Shown in pieces: positions 59,432-64,000 of a stretch of DNA of 64,000 nt. A model generated the notes under the pieces. That model made no database searches. It saw only the letters and a program-made list of their open reading frames with translations, and was not told the DNA's origin. Both the position numbers and the translations under genes were made by a program. Numbering within the stretch: the stretch's first letter is position 1; each line of letters opens with the position of its first letter. This stretch comes from an uncultured bacterium. Lineage in GTDB: Bacteria; Babelota; Babeliae; Babelales; Babelaceae. The DNA is taken from assembly GCA_963848965.1 (NCBI GenBank), contig CAWKFG010000004.1, positions 576,001 through 640,000 of the forward strand, read 5' to 3'.

Positions 59432-60517
59432 TTACTTACGATTATAAAATGGCTGTATAAATCGTGAGTAAACAAATTTAATATACGGTATATGACATCG
59501 CACAGGCCAGTTTATAGAATCACACACAATCATAACGGGGTTTCTGTCACGTAGTTTTACTACTGAGATAAGTATATAGTGTGATCCATTGGTAGTCTTA
59601 TAATCCTTAGAAGGGTCTCCTACTGTCTTACTAGCCCATCCTGATATACAAGATACAAAGTGAAGAGCATACGGCACATTACGCTGTACATGATCACGGA
59701 ACGTATTTAAAAGCCGATTACACATGATAGGTCCTATATCTAATATACCAGCTCCCTCGCCACCCCTTACTAAAAGTTCCGCACCTGGACCAAACTCGTT
59801 TATCTCAAGCTGTAAACCATGCTCGCGACCTAAGTGGTATCCTAGATAATAAAGAGTTGTATCAGTTCTACCTGGAACAAATAATTGTAATGTAGGATGT
59901 TGAGCTAAAATAGTAAGATGTTCAAACGTTGGAAGGTTCTGCCTTCCTGGTGCTTGCAATCTTACCACTCCAATGCCTATTTGATGAAGGATAAATTGAT
60001 GTAACTGCCAATTAATAACTGCATCATGAACATTCGGCTGTATATGAGTGGTAATATGCTGTAGCATAGTACGCGGAGTAAGTATCGGATTGGCACCTGC
60101 TAGTATCCCCTTCATTGTAGCAGCATTAACCAGTGACCAGTAGCCACAACTCCATATATCTTGTTGAGGAAAAACTTGAAAATAATGAATACGTGTTGGA
60201 TCAATTTCAGGATCACCATACAAATCTGCTGTATCATTTAAATCAACCACAGCACCAAAAAAGAGCTTTAATTGCGCTCTCTTTATCACTTCTTGTACAC
60301 GAACGCGGGAGCAACTCTTATTATTTTGATAAAGCTCTTTAACAGCTTCTCCTAACTCAATACCTATTTGGTTAACAGCTGGAGCCGGAATGCGGGGCTC
60401 TCGTGCTACTACCTCTTGAAGAGTCCTGTCTGCAAGCTCGAAAGCCTCGGTTATATTTATTTCTTGTGAAGGTGCCAAAAATAAGATAGGCGTAAGAAAT
60501 GGTTTAAAAAGAAACAT
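59432..60517 (-). CDS. Putative papain-fold Cys protease (same motif set as 34094-35815)
   Basis: QQDIWSCGYWSLVN, SHYILI, VCDSIN. Confidence 0.55.
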   Translation of the reverse strand: MFLFKPFLTPILFLAPSQEINITEAFELADRTLQEVVAREPRIPAPAVNQIGIELGEAVKELYQNNKSCSRVRVQEVIKRAQLKLFFGAVVDLNDTADLYGDPEIDPTRIHYFQVFPQQDIWSCGYWSLVNAATMKGILAGANPILTPRTMLQHITTHIQPNVHDAVINWQLHQFILHQIGIGVVRLQAPGRQNLPTFEHLTILAQHPTLQLFVPGRTDTTLYYLGYHLGREHGLQLEINEFGPGAELLVRGGEGAGILDIGPIMCNRLLNTFRDHVQRNVPYALHFVSCISGWASKTVGDPSKDYKTTNGSHYILISVVKLRDRNPVMIVCDSINWPVRCHIPYIKFVYSRFIQPFYNRK

Positions 60518-60608
60518 AAATTGAATCCTTGGATATTTAAATTAAACATTTACTAATTGTAATGTTTATTGACTAGTGTTTTTCTTCTTTCCCTTCACGC
60601 ATCTATAA

Positions 60609-61040
60609 CTACCGTGCAAGCGCTTGCTTGAAATAGGCAAAAGCACGAGGAAGAATATACCTGTAGTTTGTATATAATACTCCTGCTCCTGCAGCATATG
60701 CTGAACCAAAAATAACTCTTCTTTTAAGTGTATTAGCAGAAGAATCTACTTTTGAATGAGGAGGAATGCTTATAAAAGATTTTCTTCCATTTTTTCTCTC
60801 TACCTCTCGTAACGCATCTTCACACTCTTGATCGGTGAGAGGAGCTGCTTGTTTAGCTCTATCTATCCAATAGTAGGCCCCTAAAAGTGAACCTAGGCCC
60901 ACACAGGTTGTACCTAATCCTTTAGCAAAGAGAATACAGCGATCATACACTGTTTTATGATACTCTACATTAACAGTGGGAGTAACACTGTATAAAGAAG
61001 TAAAGCCTATCAGCAGTAAAAATAAAATTCTTTTATTCAT
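60609..61040 (-). CDS. Small secreted protein with two hydrophobic segments
   Basis: Signal MNKRILFLLLIG, AKGLG..GLG helix. Confidence 0.65.
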   Translation of the reverse strand: MNKRILFLLLIGFTSLYSVTPTVNVEYHKTVYDRCILFAKGLGTTCVGLGSLLGAYYWIDRAKQAAPLTDQECEDALREVERKNGRKSFISIPPHSKVDSSANTLKRRVIFGSAYAAGAGVLYTNYRYILPRAFAYFKQALAR

Positions 61041-61365
61041 AAGGCACACCCCATATAGTTCTGAGATGTTCTAGGCTTTTTGTACCTAACTTATAAGCAG
61101 GTACTAACAAGCATGCTGAAGCAAGCAACTGTGATAACCGTCTCATAACGTCCTTTGTATATACTCCTTCTTTACAGCCTGTTCCTAAACCAGCTAAGCC
61201 ACAGGTCCAAAGATATGCTGATATTAAACCAAGTCCAACACCTTTTGCTGTCTGTATATATTTAGCAGAAGAAGTCAGCTCAGGCTTTACTTGGACAGTT
61301 TCTGCCCCAAAAGAAGCACACGGTATACAAAGAACAGATACCATTAATAACAACTTTTTCACCAT
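61033..61365 (-). CDS. Small secreted protein with two hydrophobic segments
   Basis: GGAGG RBS, signal ..ASFG, AKGVGLG helix like its neighbour. Confidence 0.65.
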   Translation of the reverse strand: MVKKLLLMVSVLCIPCASFGAETVQVKPELTSSAKYIQTAKGVGLGLISAYLWTCGLAGLGTGCKEGVYTKDVMRRLSQLLASACLLVPAYKLGTKSLEHLRTIWGVPYE

Positions 61366-61609
61366 GCCCCATCCTCCATGATTTATAAAAACCTCTATCA
61401 TAAACACTTTATAATTTCTTTTTTGCAAACTCAAGAAATATCTATTTTTCAACACAATATTTTATAATAATATATAACATTGACCAGTAATTGCAAAAGC
61501 ATCAAAAATATCTATGAGAATGCGCTAACACAACTATGAAATGCTTACTCTACAAACTACTAAGAGTTCATAAGTAAGCAGTGTGCTATTGGGTAAAGAT
61601 AAGTTTTAA

Positions 61610-62925
61610 CAAAAAATAAACGAGAATTCTCCTACTTCTGTAAGTAGGAGATGAATCGTAAGAAACATTAACACCCTTTGCAGTATTCTTTTCATGAGGT
61701 ATATTTATAGTTATAGAGCATTATCATAATCATTATAGGAGAGGCAATCTATAATGAAAACGTATAACAAGACCTATAAGATGAGGTTACTGCCTAACAA
61801 AGAGCAAAAAAGCTTCTTTGCTCAAACTTTTGGTTGTGTACGTTTTATTTGGAATAAACTTCTTGAACATGCTAACAATTCCTATAAAGAGCATGGTAAA
61901 GCGCACTTTATTACGCCAGCCTCTTTCAAACAAGAATTCTCTTGGCTTAAAGAAGTAGATAGCTTGGCATTAGCTAATGTTTGGCTTTTTCTTAAACAGG
62001 CATTTACTTCTTACTTTGAAGGTATTACCCAGTATCCTCGCTTTAAAAGAAAAGATACTGCAAAACAAAGCTATACAACAAATAATCAAGAAGCATCACA
62101 AGCTATTCGTATTGAAGGTACCTTTATCCGACTGCCAAAAGTAGGCTTTGTTAAGATAATTATGCATAGGCAGATAAAGCCTCATGAAAAGATAAAAAGA
62201 TGTACGGTAACACAAACAGCATCTGGTAATTATTATATAAGCATCACTGTTGAAGGTATATCTTACCAAGAGGTACTACCAATAGCTTTAGATAAAGTAC
62301 TAGGATTAGATTATTCAATGACTTCTTTATACGTAAGTAGTGAGGGTGAGAGAGCCAATTACCCAAGATACTACCGTAAAGCAGAAGAGAAACTTGTAAA
62401 GCTGTGCCAATCTCTTTCTCGTAAAGTAAAAGGAAGTAAAAACTGGCATAAAGCACGCCGTAAGTTAGCCATATTTTATGAGTATATAGCTTTTCTCCGC
62501 CATGATTTCTTGCATAAGTTAAGCTTTATGTTAGCCAAAAAGTATGATGCTATCATTATAGAAGACTTAGATATGCATGCTATGAGTCAAGCATTAAACT
62601 TTGGTAAATCGGTAGGGGACAACGGCTGGGGTAAGTTTGTTACACTGTTAGGCTATAAGCTTGCAGAAAGAGGCAAACAGCTTATAAAGATAGACAAATG
62701 GTTTCCTTCATCAAAGATGTGTTCTTCATGCGGTAGTATAAAAGAAAGTCTAGCGTTATCAGAAAGATGGTATAATTGCCAGCATTGCGGGTACTCTCAA
62801 GACAGAGATATCAATGCTGCTAGAAATATTAGAACCGTGGGGATCACGGGGATAGCCTAATCAATATCCTGAGGTTGCTTAGGAGTTCTTAGGAAGCCAC
62901 CACCTCTTAGGTGGAGGTAGTTCAC
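61610..62925 (+). mobile_element. Non-autonomous IS200/IS605 (IS1341-like) element
   Basis: TTTAA at 61605-61609, left hairpin TCTCCTACTT-ctgt-AAGTAGGAGA (61628-61651), right hairpin and TTCAC at 62921-62925. Confidence 0.8.
61754..62860 (+). CDS. tnpB: TnpB RNA-guided endonuclease, canonical D-E-D
   Basis: HTH FGCVRFIWN, GLDYS, IIIEDL, FPSSKMC, DRDINAARNI. Confidence 0.95.
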   Translation: MKTYNKTYKMRLLPNKEQKSFFAQTFGCVRFIWNKLLEHANNSYKEHGKAHFITPASFKQEFSWLKEVDSLALANVWLFLKQAFTSYFEGITQYPRFKRKDTAKQSYTTNNQEASQAIRIEGTFIRLPKVGFVKIIMHRQIKPHEKIKRCTVTQTASGNYYISITVEGISYQEVLPIALDKVLGLDYSMTSLYVSSEGERANYPRYYRKAEEKLVKLCQSLSRKVKGSKNWHKARRKLAIFYEYIAFLRHDFLHKLSFMLAKKYDAIIIEDLDMHAMSQALNFGKSVGDNGWGKFVTLLGYKLAERGKQLIKIDKWFPSSKMCSSCGSIKESLALSERWYNCQHCGYSQDRDINAARNIRTVGITGIA

Positions 62926-62945
62926 ACAGACTTGTGTGCAAGTTG
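62820..62945 (+). ncRNA. TnpB omega-RNA 3' scaffold plus flank-derived guide (5' limit approximate)
   Basis: Nested stems CCTAA/TTAGG, TCCTGAG/CTTAGGA, CCACCT/AGGTGG ending TTCAC; guide would start ACAGACTTGTGTGC. Confidence 0.65.
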
Positions 62946-63050
62946 TAGAAATTTTGATTCTGGATCTTTATCTGCCTGAGCAATTTTAAGAGTAAGTAAG
63001 CTATCAGCAGCAACCAAAATCAAAAAAATAATAGTTATTTTAAGCTTCAT
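62922..63050 (-). pseudogene. Secreted-protein gene truncated by the IS
   Basis: MKLKITIIFLILVAADSLLTLKIAQADKDPESKFLQLAHKSV*; TGA supplied by the IS right end. Confidence 0.5.
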
Positions 63051-63554
63051 ACTATTTCCTTGATTTTTTGTAATAATTTCTTATCTAAAAGACTTATATA
63101 TCTAAGATACAAAAAATAATAGTTTTTCTGCAATATTTTTTACCACTTTTTCTTCATAAAGCATATTCTTCCAAGAAAAAGCCTTTTAAGAGCTATAATT
63201 GTGGTATTTTCTTTATCTTTAGAATATAACATCCTACTTTTACTAGTGCTCTTATGAAAACTGATGCTATACACAAAAGCAGTAACATTGCAGACACAGT
63301 TGAGCTGAAAGAAGAACCCATTTATTGATCGTAGAACTTTCCAGGTATGCCCATTATAGCAAAAGACCATAAAGATTAGAAAATTTCCTGGTTATTGAAG
63401 CTCTCTTTGTAAACTAAGAGCAAAGTGAGGTGATACCATAAACAATAATTGTTCTTGCAAACATTTGTTCATATGGCAATTGTAGCTTGAACTCGAACGC
63501 CTACATAAGGAGTTACTGGGCTTAACCGTTTTTACGTTGTTAAGCCCTTAAATT

Positions 63555-64000
63555 TTACTCGTTATCTTCACGCTCTAAGGCACTAAAAGAGATAAACTTT
63601 AAAGCTTCTTTTTGTATTTCGTTTGGCACTTTAGACCAATAGGATGCTGGATCTTCCTTTAAGGCTTTTAGCAGTTTTGAAATTTCCATTAACTTTTTTA
63701 CATCATTAATTGGTACTGCGTAAGACATATTTTGACAAGCATGAAAACCACCGACTGAGATAAACTGCGTTACAAACATGTTAACTCCTATTACTCTTCT
63801 CCATGCATCAATAAGTGGCCCACCACCATTACCAGGAAAAATGTGTGCTGTACTTGATATATACTCATTCCCATTAATAAACTCTCGGCCTGCTATTACT
63901 CCTGGTATACTATGCACACTCCGTAATCCAAGTGCGTATCCTAGAGCCGTTACATTTTGAGCACGAGTAATTTGATCAGAGTCTCCAAGCTCTAAATGAG
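63555..64000 (-). CDS. C-terminal part of trypsin/HtrA-like domain protein with Ser->Gly at the nucleophile and F-box-like tail (5' end outside window)
   Basis: LELGDSD...ALGYALG...G.IAG...FPGNGGGPL...VIGVN, then YWSKVPNEIQKEALKFI. Confidence 0.75.
   Translation of the reverse strand, partial: HLELGDSDQITRAQNVTALGYALGLRSVHSIPGVIAGREFINGNEYISSTAHIFPGNGGGPLIDAWRRVIGVNMFVTQFISVGGFHACQNMSYAVPINDVKKLMEISKLLKALKEDPASYWSKVPNEIQKEALKFISFSALEREDNE

Noticed and set aside
63140..63540. 76-aa ORF and surrounding fragments
   Set aside because: No motif or convincing start; likely decayed
319..63960. Numerous 60-130 aa ORFs overlapping the called genes
   Set aside because: Antisense or alternate-frame shadows without independent evidence
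1..64000. tRNA, rRNA, prophage or integrase
   Set aside because: None recognised by eye; tRNAscan/Infernal were not run

Overview
This 64-kb, AT-rich bacterial window most resembles an intracellular protist parasite of the Dependentiae/Babelota (TM6) type; that assignment is inferred from gene content, not tested. The housekeeping backbone includes ftsQ-like/ftsA/ftsZ, alr, tyrS, valS, ybeY, two TrmH methylases, a deoxynucleoside kinase, tdk and radA, plus a type II secretion cluster gspFGHIJK followed by an MCE gene. Interleaved with it are many Sec-signal proteins carrying eukaryote-like modules: ankyrin-RING-H2, N-terminal F-box-like motifs, a SOCS/BC-box-ankyrin protein, two Josephin/papain-like Cys proteases, a C2H2 zinc-finger protein with corepressor-like short motifs, an ADP-ribosylhydrolase, a Nudix hydrolase and bilobed-hydrophobic (Inc-like) paralog families. 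Twelve of these have Met exactly at the predicted signal-peptidase +1 position, mostly G/A/S|M-E/D/Q. Together this suggests an exported host-manipulation toolkit centred on ubiquitin. Mobile and accessory DNA comprises two tnpB-only IS200/IS605 elements (one with a rearranged RuvC-II site), an orphan omega-RNA-like right end, other IS-end relics, HicAB and RelE/XRE toxin-antitoxin pairs and several pseudogenes. No rRNA, tRNA or CRISPR array was seen by eye.
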